Origin: Mizuhopecten yessoensis
Taxonomy: Eukaryota
Assembly: GCF_002113885.1 (NCBI RefSeq)
Contig: NW_018408922.1
Coordinates: forward strand, 1,671,144-1,735,143
Length of the DNA: 64,000 nucleotides
Direction of reading: 5' to 3'
The notes beneath the pieces are model-generated. The model saw only the letters and a list, made by a program, of their open reading frames with translations. It was not told the origin of the DNA and made no database searches. A program made the translations under genes and the position numbers. Shown here in pieces: positions 14,266 through 28,314 of the stretch. Position 1 is the first letter of the stretch, and the number at the start of each line of letters is the position of its first letter.

Positions 14266-15071
14266 TGAGTGGACGTTTATGTTGTTGTTGTTTTTTATAT
14301 CAATAAAACTTGTGAAAAAATAAAAAATAAAAAAAAAAGTTTCAAATTAATATATTATTATTATTTAGGTAAGTTATGTCTTTAGACTAAAATATAACAC
14401 ATGAGCTAGTGTGGGTGTGGGTATGTGTGAGAGGGACACTAACAGTTCTGTATATTGAATCTCTACCAGAAAAAAAGAAGAAGACTGAAATAGGCTTAAA
14501 CTGTTGTCTGATTCTTTTGGCAATGTTGTACTAAAATCTGATTTAACATAAAAAAGAACTTACATGTTCGTATTATATATGTATTGTCAATAAAATACTT
14601 TTAAATTAAATTGATGTATGTCCTTTGAATGACCTCTAACAAGGCATATTCTGTTACAAACAATTACATATCTCTATTCTCGATTGTTTTCTTATTCACA
14701 AAATAATGGTTGAGAAATTATTACCTAAGAATCGTTGAAACTTGAAATTATTAGCGTCCAATGCTAAAGCCTTTTTTTTGTTTCTGAATGATTTTGTCAG
14801 AAGTATGGTTAAACTCAAGAACTTGTTTTTATTTGGAACTTTCGTATTCGTTTTGATACAAAATGTTCATTTATGTTTCCTTATGTACATTTCACATTTC
14901 CATTTGTTTCAGTACCTACTTGATTTCTTTGCTCTGAATAGTCGGATTTCATCTTGGCGTGTTGACAGCGTGATAATCTTTTCTAGTATATTTCTCTGTA
15001 TTCCATTTTTTTTATGTTTATTGATATTGAACAACGATAATTTCTTATATGCTATGAACTAAATACCTTCC

Positions 15072-15205
15072 GCGGGTGGTCAGGTGGCGCAGTGGATAAC
15101 GCACTCACATTTTACCAATGCGGTCGCGGTTTAATTCCCCAACCGATGAGAACATGTATGAGGTCACCTGCACTTGTATACCGGTTTCCTCCAATATAGA
15201 GCCCA
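15072..15205 (+). mobile_element. Degenerate copy of the same tRNA-derived SINE
   Basis: GGTGGTCAGGTGGCGCAGTGGATAACGCAC...GGTCACCTGC...CCGGTTTCCTCCAA aligns with 40976-41118. Confidence 0.7.
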
Positions 15206-18200
15206 ATCCCCCCTCCTCGCCCCTCCCCCCTCTTATAACTAATACTTTCAAATGTAACGGTATATATATGGTATCCATCGATAAATATTTTTTCACTCAG
15301 TAAGTCTGCAAATTGCAAAAGTTTACCATTTGTTACGTTCCTGCAAACATGACCTAGTGTATATTTAAACCTGTCAAAATACAAGTAAAATTTGACTAAT
15401 GACAGATTTTACCCACTGACGTCTCACTAAAATTCATAACTAGGACAGGGGAACATGTAATCCTGTCACCTGGTCACATTATTCCGATAATGGATTCAAC
15501 AAAGGGAAACATCAGCGTAATGAGAAGGTCATTTAAAGGTGAAAAGCAGTACGTTCAAGTTTTTTCCCGTTTTAATTTCATAACCATAATTTTATCGTTT
15601 TTATATGCTCATACGAACCTTTTAAGTTAAAAATAAAATAGCTGCTGCTTTCAAAATAAATATTTTAAATGTTGATTTCATTTAAATAGTAACATGCATC
15701 CTCATTGATATGCATGCATTGCACACATAAGGATCCCTGCCTAAATGCAGCGAAAACATGCATTTTTTCATGCATAAATCAATCTCTCCTTCATTCCATT
15801 TTGGATGTAAACATAGAGCTAACGGGTCAGGATACTACCGTTAACTAGGTAGCTCAGCTGTTTAGAGTAAGAAAATAATTATCTGAGGTGGTCAAGGGCT
15901 CAAATCCTAGCATGGATTCATAGTATTTCACACCCAGAACACTGTTGTATAATAATTCGATTTCGTCTTTCTATTTTTTTCCATGAAAGTTTCACAATGT
16001 ATGGTTAACTTTTAAAACAAAAATGTTGTCAAAGCTATAGTTAAGTAAAGGGGAGGACGGAGGGGGAGGAGGGAGGGTTCCAATGTATGGTTACAGTTTT
16101 TGACAGTGGTATAGAATCCTTAAATAACTTCTGTAGATAGTAAACCTTTTTTCACACACGTGTAGCTGACAGGTGGATGGTTCCATGTCGGTCTGATAAC
16201 CTCGGCCAAATGTCGCGACAACATGCACGTGTTTAGTTCTCATGTTGTCATGTGAGCAAGGTCCTATTGTCCTAATCTCCCGTAAGATCGAACTTGGACT
16301 AAACAACACCATGATACATTTAGTATATTGCCATATACGATTGCTTCCATTTTACAAGTATCAATTCCGAAATTTATACGTGTTAGATAAGACAGTTTTA
16401 ATGTTGTTGGCAATTTTTTAATTCGTGCTTCCATTCTTGTACTCTTCTATCGAGCAAATTAAAAGCACTCACCATGAACTCACATGCATCATTAGCGATT
16501 GTGTAAAATACGTAAACAGCTGTATCATATCTGCCGTCTCCTCTACATGACATATGTATTAGCTTTATTTTTTCGCAATTACCATTTATAAAAATGTGTT
16601 ACCTTGCATATTACATGGAAACAAAACTGTCTGTGTATAATTTTACATGTTTAATAGGTGTATGTGTTGCAATAAAAATAGCAACTCAAAAATAATTCTA
16701 CACAAAACATAAACAAATGTGCTGTGAAAATTGTGGTGAGATTTAAAATAACCCCACTGTATATTACCGAGTCCTGAAAAGCTGGAAACTATTCATAATA
16801 GGTACAGTCAAATGCTAAATAGAAGTGCAACACAAATGTTCTTTGAAAATTCGAGGATACAATTTGGATAGCAAAACGGTTTTTTAAGCCTGGAAATAGA
16901 ATAAGAACCGTTCAAAAACATAATAGGCATTAGGTTTCTGATATTCATGCAGGACACCTTTCCAACATTATTTGCGAAATACTTAATCCATCGTTGCCAT
17001 TTTACGCAATCGCAGCAACATTAAGCAATCGTTACTTAAGAATTGTCCTAAATAATGAACCGTACGCGAGGTGACGAAAAAGTAGGCCTGTCCGACATCG
17101 TTATCATATCCATGGTCAGAACTAATTCAGGCCTCTAAGCAGATGTTTAATTTCCATCGTACGATGATTGGCGTCACGTCATGTAAGGTCGTAATGGGTA
17201 ACGCGAAAACGATGACATGAAATGCCTAAGTAATGAGAAAAGGAACGACAAAATGAGAAGCACCTTATCTGTATAATATATTAGGTACTTATGTCCTTCA
17301 CTTTGCAGTTTGTGTGTCTTCCCTATTGAAGATGAATGCGAATGTTAGCTTACTTACAATGAATGATTTGCAATCTGTTTGATACTAATTTTTGGAAAAT
17401 TGTCAAGAAAATTTTATGTCACCATTCTTTAGGCGCAGGGTTGCAAAGATTTAGGATTCCAGTTCTTTCTGTCTGAAACAAATATATCGTTGACAAAAGA
17501 AATGAAATTAAAACTTTTTTAAAGGATTTGATCCCTCATGGATTTCCAGGAAATGCTTTCAATAAATTATTATTTTAGCCTACCTATTTCTTGTTTGGTA
17601 TTCTCTCGATTTTATACAAATGTCATAAAAGAATGTAAATAATTAACACATTTGAGACTGTTGGTAAATGTTACATGTATATGGTAAACTGGGGAAGTCA
17701 AAATGAAAATAAACGGATGTAGTTGACGAAATAATTGTTAGAATTTGTTTGTTTTAATTGCTTGTAAAATTGAAACTATTAAGTGTTGTCTATGTGATAT
17801 GCCAAGGACATTGATTATATCAACATAGCATGTGCACATGAATGTATATCTACATTTCAACATTTAGCTATTCTTATGCCTCCTAAGTAGATATTTTTGG
17901 TGTATTTTAAAAAATAAACAGTATTGACGGATTTAGAAGTATATTTGATAAAGATGTTATATTCGAAAGTATTTTTTCCGGCATTGGTCTTGACAATGGG
18001 GACAGGAAGTTTTACTCGTAGATTTGCACAAGTATATAATAATAGTATCATGTATAAGCAAACGGATTCAATTAAAATATAAAGATTAAACATTGCTTTG
18101 GTCAATCGCATAGGGTAATGGATATACAATTGTAGTTGGTTTTGTGACAAATTCAACAGCAGATGCTTTATTGTTCAATGAAATTGTCTCAAGACCAGCT

Positions 18201-19355
18201 GAATCTATCACCCAGATAAGTTATAAAAAACAGGATTAGATTTATATGTAAGTTTAAGGGGTAGGTGCGGACCCCGACAAGCGAAATCAATTTCCAACAC
18301 ATTGCTTCGTTTTAAACATCAACAGTAGTTGCTGCTTATCCTTTCACTCAAAAAAATGATAAAAGAATGGTAAAAATACAGAGGTTTTGCTTTCTGTATC
18401 AAACCTCCAGCGAAGAAAAGTTCCAATTTCATTTATATTTTTCCAATTTGGAGTTGCGTGTCCATTTAACATGGCTAATTTTCGAGAGAGATAAAAATCG
18501 GTTTTTTTTGTTATTCATGAATGCAACCCTGTCGCCAGTGGGGTTCGATATACGAGCATCTGGATTATACAGCATGGAGCTCATCAGCTTCACTTCCGGT
18601 CATGATATTTGTTTTGTATGTAAATGCTTTCCCGCAATATTACACGGAATAAATTTTAAAATGTTGGACCTCCCAAAAAGAGGCCGGGTATAATTGTCCT
18701 TGTACGAATATATTAGGAATCATAAATTGAGTTTTTATACTTATGTACAATAACAAGTTTATACACAAACTGTACCCTTTACTACATATATGTTACACAT
18801 AATATTTTGATCACTATTTATAGGTCTCAGTATATATCATACAAGGACAACAGTGACTTCAGGCTACTTACGTAGGATCATAGACTTGCCTATTATTACA
18901 TAATACCATCTTACACAGCCCACATATCATGTGTGTATAAATACAGATCAGCATGTACAGGCATGACCACAGTGTAAGTATAGTGATAGGTGAAGGTCAT
19001 TGACCATTGAGTAATATCATGATCAGCACATGTAGCCAATCAGAATACAGGAATGTAGATTAAGGCCAAGGTCATTGACCACTGGTCAGCATCAGCATCT
19101 TAGCCAATCAAGTTACAGGAATTTCGCGCGGAAATTAAGACAATTAACATACATAGCGTCACCTAAGTCAGTTTTTAAATTTTCTTGCTGGGTGAAAGAC
19201 GTTCCACCATTAGACAACTCAACTTAATTGAACCGCCACCATCCCCAGCCACCAGCCTTTATTCAGATATATACATTGTATATTATATAAACAAGTTATT
19301 TATGATTAATTGTTCTTCCAACAGTTACGTACATGTACTTCAAGCATAATATTAG

Positions 19356-19861
19356 GAGCTGGCATGATATATAGCTAAAAGGTCTTAAAGGGCTATCCAC
19401 TACTCAATAACCCTTTCGGCTTTACGGGCTATTGTTACGTTCTTTGGCCCCAAGTATTATATTACTTACTATTCAAAAAGTATACATTTATAGTATACAA
19501 TCAGGCTGTTTAAACGACTCACGGCGGAGAAACCCTTGAGACTCACGGCTCTTGGGCTGGTATGTACAGCTGTCGGACCTGGCAGTCTGGTTGTATCTAA
19601 GTCGAGTTGGGGTTCATCGGACCGAGTGTGACACCTGGGTTTTCCCTTGAGACTCACGGCTCTTGGGTGACTCACCTCTCGAGACTCACGGCTCGAATAC
19701 ACTACAGTTTTACATACTCGGTCTATAATCCCCATGCATACTCCTAGTAATTCAGCCACTGGGACATGAACGCAACAGTATATAGATATTGCATAATATC
19801 ATATAATATCATGTCATTCCCAGTGAGCTGAATTACCGTTAGCTTAAATTATGCCAGCCCC
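19356..19861. mobile_element. Probable non-autonomous inverted-repeat element with internal repeats
   Basis: GAGCTGGCATGATATATAGCTAA is an imperfect inverted repeat of TTAGCTTAAATTATGCCAGCCC. The interior has repeated GAGACTCACGGCTC and a hairpin at about 19748-19837. Confidence 0.5.
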
Positions 19862-21096
19862 CATTTCAGGCCAAATGTTTAATATTTGTATGTGTTGATG
19901 TATTATAATGTTATATAATGATAATAATATTTTCTTGGATTGACAGAGGGAGTGTTACAGTTGTACTGTATAGGATGACAAAGCAGTGAGTGTGATGAAT
20001 GTATACCTGACCTAATATCGTTTAACATGTTTAAATTGATTTATATGTATAAACTTAAACCACGCCTTTGTTGTTTGTGTATAAACATTGTACTGTCTGT
20101 TATACAGTAGAAAAATGTGAGACTTTCGACCTTGATGATACCTGTCCAACTGCACTGGCGTTTCTCCAATTTACAGTAACCCCCTTAAATTCCGTTTAGA
20201 TATAACTTAAGTCATGTCATTAAGATTTTAAAACTTGTCCAAATAAATGTTTAGTGAATTACTTATGGTTTCCTCGAAATCCTATTGCCTGCGTCGCATT
20301 GTATTTTACTGACTTAAATGGATCGAGGTTCATCATAAAAATCACGACCTAATTTTTAGGCCGAGTGAGCGATATATGACTCAAACCACATGATATACTT
20401 GTTGGTTTTTCATGTCTTAGTCTTTTAAAGGTCCCTAACATTGGGTTTCTTCAAACCGTGAGTTGATTAAGACAAAAAGCGAGAAGAAAAAATATTTACA
20501 CAAAAGTCCTTGAAAGGGTATAATAAGGCCAGGTGTTCCGAAAGGGTAAGCGTCAAAATCTTCAATATTCATATTTCACAATGAAATGAAATCGTAGATC
20601 ATTAAGGCAACTTTACACTTTTGCGTCTGTTGAAGGTTTGCCGTCAGCATTCTATCCAGAAACACGTGATACTCGGAGCAAGCCCGTGAATATAGCACCG
20701 GGAGCACATATGTTTTTTTTTATCAAAAAAGAGAAATTTCAAGAAAGTAAAATATCATACCGATTAGTATTAAAGCCGTACTTTTTGTACATTCAGTAAG
20801 CAAAGATCGTGTTAAATGGCGAATGCAGAAGAATTGGTGATGTTCTTGCTTTCAAGTTCAGCATGGTTAATGCGAAGGTAAAAAATAATCCGAACATTTA
20901 AAGACTAGACATCATCGATTTATACTCAAAGCAAAGTTGAAGGACTTGACAAGGTAGTTGTTACCTCTCCTGATAAACCCAGCATCATATTAAAACAAAA
21001 ATGGGTCGGATAATAGATGGGCTTAGTTTGTCCCTAATTGTATGGCCATAGTCTGCTGGAACATCTAACCACTGAACTCAACGAAGATAATTTAAT

Positions 21097-21447
21097 CATC
21101 CTCGATATCCATGGGTTACGCTCTCTTACGCTCTCTGCACCCCTGAAATATGTCATAGCAAAATCGAAGGTTCAGTGTTCGCCACCTTGTGGATGAGACA
21201 AGAAGACTACTTTGATCCTTTGATGTACATCAAAAGAATCTTTCGGTCGCGTAACGGTAAAACTTACTGGCTTTGAAGTTGGGCGTCGCTCCTCTGTGAT
21301 CTTCAAAGGACATATATCAGCCTAGTGATTGACAATGTTTTCTTACCTGAGACCAATCAAATAGCTAGCTGCGTGCCTTCAATTTTGCTATGACATATTC
21401 CAGGGGTCGGAGGGCGAAGTGAGCGTAACCCCAGGATATCGCGGTTG
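21097..21447. mobile_element. ~350-bp MITE, family with CATCCTCGATA...TATCGCGGATG termini (copy 1)
   Basis: About 65-bp imperfect TIRs (...AATATGTCATAGCAAAAT / ATTTTGCTATGACATATT...). Homologous copies at 61887-62252 and 63044-63579. Confidence 0.8.
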
Positions 21448-21903
21448 AACCTCAATATATTCTGTCTTTGATTTTGTCGTTTGTTTGTGTTGTTCAGTTC
21501 TTTTTATTTCGAAATTGTTCGCCTACCTTGGAAAAAGACCAATCATAATAAGCCAATGACGGCGTTCCTCGAGTCTAGAACGAGGTATGGTATTGTACAG
21601 AGCGGTAAACTCGAACAGTCAGACAAAAGAAACATGGTTTATTTTGAAAGGATGTTCACGATTTATATAAGATCCCCGGAGTTCCTTTAAATCCGGATTC
21701 CATCAATCCTATTCCTGGGACACACAAAGACACAATACGACCCTGATTTAATGTGTAGAATATTCAGATAATTACTTGAATGAGTAATTAGCAGAGCAAG
21801 CGAATGTAGAGTGTTTTTATAAGGATTGTGATTAAGTTCCAGAAATCAATGCAAATCCCATTAACCGGTGTTCGGAATTATTTGAATACAGAAGCATTAT
21901 CAG

Positions 21904-22241
21904 CTACGGTGGCTGATTACAGTGGCAGGACACTTAAATAATAAATGTGTACCTCTTTATAACGAGTAATTATCTCGTTATAACGACTAACTATCCCGTT
22001 TTAACGAGTAAGTATCTCGTTATAACGACTTACTAACTCGTTATTAAGAGATATTATCTCGTTATAGAGAGTTACTTACTCGTTATAACGAGATTGTTAG
22101 TTGTTATATGATATTGTAATAACGAAATAGTTTTTTTTAAAGATATGCTAACTCGTTATAACCAGATAGTATATCTTTATAACGAGTTAGTAAGCCGTTA
22201 TAACAGAAAACTATTTGGGTGCCCTCAATCAGCCATCGTAG
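21904..22241. mobile_element. TIR-bounded element with internal ~22-bp palindromic tandem repeats
   Basis: Termini CTACGGTGGCTGATT / AATCAGCCATCGTAG. The interior is built from repeated CTCGTTATAACGAG variants. Confidence 0.72.
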
Positions 22242-23189
22242 GTTTTGCATCTTGTTCAAGAAACATAGACTTGTGTTTGGTTTCAATTTCACATTTTTAA
22301 CTCCTTATTCTTTTTAAAAGTAGACTTCGTAAACCCATTCTGAAAGTGAATACGATTCGACATGTTCTTTTTTCGCCCTTTTTCACAAAATCATTTATAT
22401 CTTCAGTTCCACATTAATAATTCGAAGAAATTAAAATAGAAATCACTTTCATTTATTTTTTTATCCTTTAGAACATATAATAAGATACGACTTATTTGCA
22501 TCAGCTCCATATCTAGATGTTAACTGTAACTTTCAGAATAATGAACATTTTAACGTCATAGGAAAACATTAATAGTTAAATTGACGGTATCAGATTAATG
22601 GATACCGAAAGAATTTCGCTGCAATTTAAATTTCGCATTTTTCGACCTCTGTAATGAGAGCGAAATTGTCGTAACACTAGTAAACAACAAAATAGACATA
22701 GTAATTAAATGTGGAGGGTGGAATTAAAACTTGGCGAATTTAGATATATATGCTTACCGGCGAAGGGCTGAAGTTTGACTGAGCGAACATTTCCCGGTAT
22801 ACAGTATTTTTTCCTTACTGCTATCTAATTTCTAAGTCTTCTTGTGCACCCTATCTAAGAGTAACATTTCGTTTCTTAATCTCTTTTTCACATTTTTATC
22901 CTTGATTCACGTTTATACCCTTATTGTTCATTTTTGAGGCTGTGATACAACAAATTGCCAAGAAGAAAACTTTGAAACCTACATAAAAACGCTTTTAGTT
23001 TTTGACAGGTACAAAAGGAAATGTTTGAAGCGATACTCAGAACATTTGATCGTTCTGACTCCTTGTGTCATCGAATTTTTGTGCGACATAAAGATGCTTC
23101 TTTCATTTCCCGGAAACAAAATGTCCATGAACAGAGGAAAATGCTAGCCAAACAATTGTTCCGGTAAACAGTATTTGAACATGGGTTTA

Positions 23190-23330
23190 GTATGTTGTGT
23201 AAGTGTGTATGTGTGCATGTGTGCTGCAAAAGGATATGTTGGTGTACTTGCCTCCTTGTGATAGCTCGGATCTGATGCCGACTTTATAGTGCTATCTCAC
23301 TGAAATACTATGCCAAAGGCACCCAGCACA
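23190..23330 (-). mobile_element. Degenerate copy of the same SINE family
   Basis: Shares CTCCTTGTGATAGC...CTGATGCCG.CTTTATAGTGCTA.CTCACTGAAA with 63293-63346. Confidence 0.65.
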
Positions 23331-24384
23331 GCATATAGTAAAATATTTCATTTATACTATTCTATGTATTGGGAATAAATCTATTAAAGTATAAATTTGC
23401 TAAGCATACATACTATATGATATTAGGATTTGTGCTTGTTTCAATTGAAACGGTTTTACAGATGCTAATCCTAATGTCGGACATTCCGCTTCTCCCTTTC
23501 TTTACAGCGTTTCCATTAAGTAAAAGATTATAAGACTCTTTCATACCAAAGGATGTAGAATAGAAAAACTCCACCTAAAAGGTTTTCAATTTGGATAAAA
23601 CTTGAAGTTTGCCGAGGTTTTAGCATCAATTTGAAAATCCAGATGGTGAAATGTCCCTTTCATTTTCAATCACTCCTGAGCATGAAAGATTTTTTTTTTC
23701 TTAATCTGATCATCAACATTAGCTTAAAAAAAGCTTCACAGCTGTGACGTCACGCACCTAAAATGGGTGTAAGATAGAATTTTCTTACACTTCTTTCTTA
23801 CATGGAACATTTCTTTCTGACACGAACATAAATGAGAGAAAACGTCTTTACCTAGAGAAGGACAGCTCATACACGCTATTATTTGCTTATCGTGACTTCA
23901 CCATCGTGTCATCACTTAATGCGGCGTAACCAGGGTCTCATGATCACTTTGTCAAACGAAATTCATGTACCTCTCATGAGAGGGCAGCGCATTGAGTTCA
24001 TCAGAAGATAGGTAGTAAAGGTTTTGAAACAAATAATTAATCCTTCCTGTATGCTTCAGACAAAGACGTATCAACCCTCGGGATACGTTTTTTGTAGCAC
24101 TCGGCAAAACCTCGGACCAAACTTCAAAAATCTAACCATCGGATTGAGATTTCTACTTCACACAGAATTAATATATCATGTTAATAATTTTTTGCTTAAG
24201 TTACAATGAAAGACTGTTTGCAATGTAATAGTCACCCACTTGTTGAACATTTCGTAGCATTGACCATTAATCAAATCACGGTTTTGTTCATACATTTATG
24301 ATAATGCATTAACGATTTACAAATCATTTCATTTGTTTCATTTTTTATTGATAAGTTGCCTTCATAATAAAATACAAATAAGAT

Positions 24385-27352
24385 TTAAAGACATTCTCTT
24401 GGCGGGATGAATACCATTGGGTCTGCAATACCGATGTTCATATCGAAAAATCTGTAATAATATGAAATGAAAACAATTAAAATTCTTCCATACAACTCAA
24501 TGTAAGCAAGATGTAGCAGTAAAGTTGTAAAACGCGTTACACACTTCACACGTTAAATCGTGTACCAAATTGACAGATATGGCGGATGTCCCAATACGTC
24601 TAAAGAAAGTTCATTTGGAAAAATTACAAGACATGTGATACTAATGTACATTATTCTGATACTGAACATTAACACGTCTTGATATATTATATCGTTTCTT
24701 TCGTTACTCAAAACATCGTTTTATACATACGTTCTATGAACAAAACCGGTGTCCTCGCTGAAGAAACCATTTGATACTGGCATACAGTCAGGTGATGTGA
24801 CAGTCCCGAAGAATCTAGCTCCGTCAGTGAAGTTGCCATAGAAATTGTTCACGACCATATATTCTCCAGGGACTCCAGCCGCTCCAATGGTTGCCGAAAA
24901 TTCAAATTGACCCTCGGGAGGAACTCCAAATGGTCGAAAGGGACGTGTAAGGTTTGTAACGTTACACTTCTTTGTTTTCAAATTCAATCTGTATTCCTTT
25001 CCCTTTAAAAAGATATGCACTAAATTTCAAAAAGTATATATTGTTTTTATAAAAGATGCAAAAACTATTTCTTTAGATGATGTACAATGAAATGAAAACT
25101 GAAATAGATCGAAAGGACAATTGTTGCCCGTTTATATTAAAGAAAGATTACCTTATATAAAAATGCTTAGAAGTATGTTGAATATGAAAAATGTTGTCGA
25201 GTAATAAACGGTTTTGATTAATTGATTTCACTTGGCATTGTACTTACGACGTTGAAAAGGTATAGCACGTCATAGTACTCGCGATCGGTTCCTAGTGCCA
25301 CTTCTTCAATTTCACGGAATCTCCTCTGCGTTTCGTCATAGCTTCCTTTTGCGTACGCAGTGTAGTTCTTAGACATGTCTTGCTATAATGGAGGAGATAA
25401 CACACGGTTACTGTACAATAATTAAATAGTTCAATTGATGGAATATCATAAACTTAGGAAGATGGTTCATGTTCACAGAATCTACAATATATATAAACCA
25501 TATATCGATATGTTTGAGATGCTCTGATATATTCATTTTCCAGTCGAATTTACCAATGAACAAGTAGGAATATTTAAATGTGTACATGATTATTTAAATG
25601 CGTATAGGGTTATTTAAATGTGTATAGGGATTATTTAAATGTGTATAGGGATTATTCAAATGTGTATTATATTATTTAAATGTGTATAGGATTATTTAAA
25701 TGTTTATAGGATTATTTAAATGCGTATGGGGTTATTTAAATGTGTATAGGATTATTTAAATGTGTATAGGGATTATTCAAATGTGTATAGGATTATTTAA
25801 ATGTGTATAGGATTATTTAAATGTGTATTTTCTACTTTGTCCGTGTAACATATCTATTTATTTTAAACGATTATGACAGTACAGATTTATCGTATTATTG
25901 ATGTGAAATTTTTAAACAAAAATGTCCTGTTATTCGAAAAGATATAGGACAATGACATTGCGGATACTTACGGTGAATATTCTCGCTTCCCATTGCTTTG
26001 GTGACTCTGTTAAAATTAATAGAAATTAGAATGTGCCATTTGATACAGAAAATAACTTTCTTATCGCGTACAGTATTTTTGAGGATGTGAATTAATAAAA
26101 TCATCAAAGATATCTTTATACCATGCTTAGATAATGTCTGAATAACTGAAGCTATTGGTATTTGCTCTTCTCGCAACTTCTCGCGAGAACATAAACATTA
26201 CAAAACCTAAGTTTTTTTGTGGCATTCGATCTTGTTAACATTATTGACAATTAATTTACATAGACTACTAATGTTAAGTTATGTTATCCACTATAACTAA
26301 ATTTTGTGCAGTTGGTTGAAATGTATTTTGGTAGGTCAAACGATTAGGTTGAAATACGTGAATTATTCTAATGTATGTACGTTATGTCCATTAATGTATA
26401 TGTACTAGATTTGTCTAAACTTTGAATATTTTTCTGAATATAACTGTTAAAATAATAAGTGTATAAAACGATATTCATGTGATAAGAAAAAATAATCACA
26501 AATTGTTGTCTACAAGAACGAATAAATAATAAAAATTTGTTTTTAAAAAACTTGATTATTTGAATATGTCAGCCTTTTTGTTGTAGAGGGTTCAGAAAAA
26601 AATGATTAAACTAAGTAAATAACGCGAATATGAAAATATAAGGACCTAACAGAGATATATAAGAGTTTGTAAAGCAATGCCTTGCTCCTTCAACTACCCG
26701 TCATAAGGTCTAGGAAACTAAACATGCGCCTCCACCAAACTAAATGCAAAGTTAGACAGAAATGAAAAGACACTGGTTGAATTGTAGGGTAGTAAAATGA
26801 AACGCGTTGCCCTCCAATTGTAAAATCCCTTTAATGAAGGCCCTCGATCAAACGAAATGATGTCTATCGCCACTCGACCCACCAACCGCACTATACATAT
26901 TCCCAGTCTTCCCACAAAAAGTAAAACATCGTTTTCCATTCCACACATCATAAGAAAAATGTCTTCCATCTTGACTTTTTTCCCAAAGGTTAATTGATTT
27001 TTCCCAGTTTACAAACAAAAATTAAAATGTTGTCTATCAAAGTCTTCCCCGAAACGGTGCATATTCGTTTTTCAGGTCTACCCTCAAAAATGGAAATGCA
27101 CTTTCATCTAGGCTACCAACTAAAGCTAAAATAACTTTCTCATAATTTAGCTAAATCAGTAAAACGCTTTTACTTAAAATTACCCAGCAGTGGTTAAATG
27201 TCCTTATGAGATACTTTTTACCACAGTAAAACACCTCGAGGCTATTCAAAGAATGTAAAATACCTAAATTCTCGGTTCTACATACCACAAGGCCTAGGAA
27301 GCTGAGCGTACGCCACCACTCCAAAAAGCAGTACAAGTAGGAGGCTCTGCAT
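24385..27352 (-). CDS. Ependymin-related protein C, 5 coding exons, 191 aa
   Basis: Join complement(24385..24451,24731..25002,25248..25382,25972..26006,27286..27352) = 576 nt, GT-AG introns. Translation: MQSLLLVLLFGVVAYAQLPRPCESPKQWEARIFT...SYDETQRRFR...KCNVT...PDCMPV...FFDMNIGIADPMVFIPPREC. Confidence 0.92.
25570..25828. repeat. ~20-bp minisatellite (GGATTATTTAAATGTGTATA)n in EPDR-C intron 2
   Basis: About 12-13 tandem units directly visible. Confidence 0.93.
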
Positions 27353-27418
27353 GTCTGGTGTTGAGTATTCCTTGTTCGCCGAATTTCCCCGAGAGTGTAG
27401 AGGCACTACTAGATGGCC

Positions 27419-27454
27419 TTATATAACACGCGTGCTGGGCGCTTTATCTTATCT
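27419..27454 (-). promoter_or_regulatory. Putative EPDR-C promoter: tandem GATA plus TATA box
   Basis: Minus strand AGATAAGATAA (27444-27454), then TATATAA (27419-27425), about 67 bp before the ATG. Confidence 0.55.
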
Positions 27455-28314
27455 CTCGACACATATATTACTCAAGGCTATGGTGCGTATTTTGTGCCGA
27501 GCTATTATTTCGAAATCGGCGTAAACATTTTAAAGTAACTTTTAATTTGATACCTACGTTATTGTCTTGATTATATATATTTAATATTAAACATTCAAGA
27601 AAGTAGGCAATTTTCAATATGAGGTGATAAAAAAGGATATTTTTTTTAATTATAATTTTGAATTCAGAATCTACTGCCTATTGGTTAGACATATTCATTA
27701 CAACACAGTGTTCAAAAGAGGTATTAGGATCGTTACTGTAAAATACACATATTAAATTTATTTGTATGGATATTTTGAAATCTGCCTTCCACATGCATGG
27801 CAAATTGCTGTACACAATTTATAAGCAGAGTTAAATGTCTAATCTCTTATCGTAGATACACGTAGCGTAAATGTATACATCTGTCAGGAAAGTATTGACA
27901 ATATATGAATATATGCGTCAATCCCCGCAAATAATAGACCTTTTTACGAATAGTATGTTGTTGTTTACCCATGTACATTTGGTATGTATTGGATGTTTGT
28001 ATACAGAAATACAAATGACAATATATGTTATTATACATGGCCATATCGTCACCATTCCTGACTGTTATTCCATATATGAAGTCTACTTTTCGTGACAAGT
28101 TCGTTCAAACTGCAAACTTTATTTTTCAAACAAAAGTTTATAATTAATTAAAGCCCACAATATTTGACTCGTAAGACGATTATTAAATTCAAAATTTAGA
28201 TTTATGATTTTAAGCATTAATGAAATTTAAGACACTTGTTAAATTTGTATTCGCATATCATAAAGACATATGCCGTATTAATGAAATTGTGCCCAAACTC
28301 ATGTAGAAATCCTG

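Larger units (their letters stand above)
10856..14336 (+). mobile_element. 5'-truncated non-LTR retrotransposon (L1/Tx1-type LINE)
   Basis: Flanked by a 14-bp direct repeat AAGTTTCAAATTAA (10842-10855 and 14337-14350). Ends with AATAAA (14302) and an A-rich tail. Begins mid-ORF2 at KSPGIDG, so the endonuclease domain is missing. Confidence 0.92.

Noticed and set aside
14400-24300. A fifth EPDR gene or another host gene between the pairs
   Set aside because: No P.QWE, YDET or DP..F.PP exon signatures and no consistent spliced ORF were found by eye. Small exons of an unrelated gene cannot be excluded.
26790-26830. Alternative candidate for EPDR-C exon 2 (NWRATRF / QLEGNAF)
   Set aside because: It lacks proper splice sites; the 35-nt exon at 25972-26006 matches the size, phase and motif.
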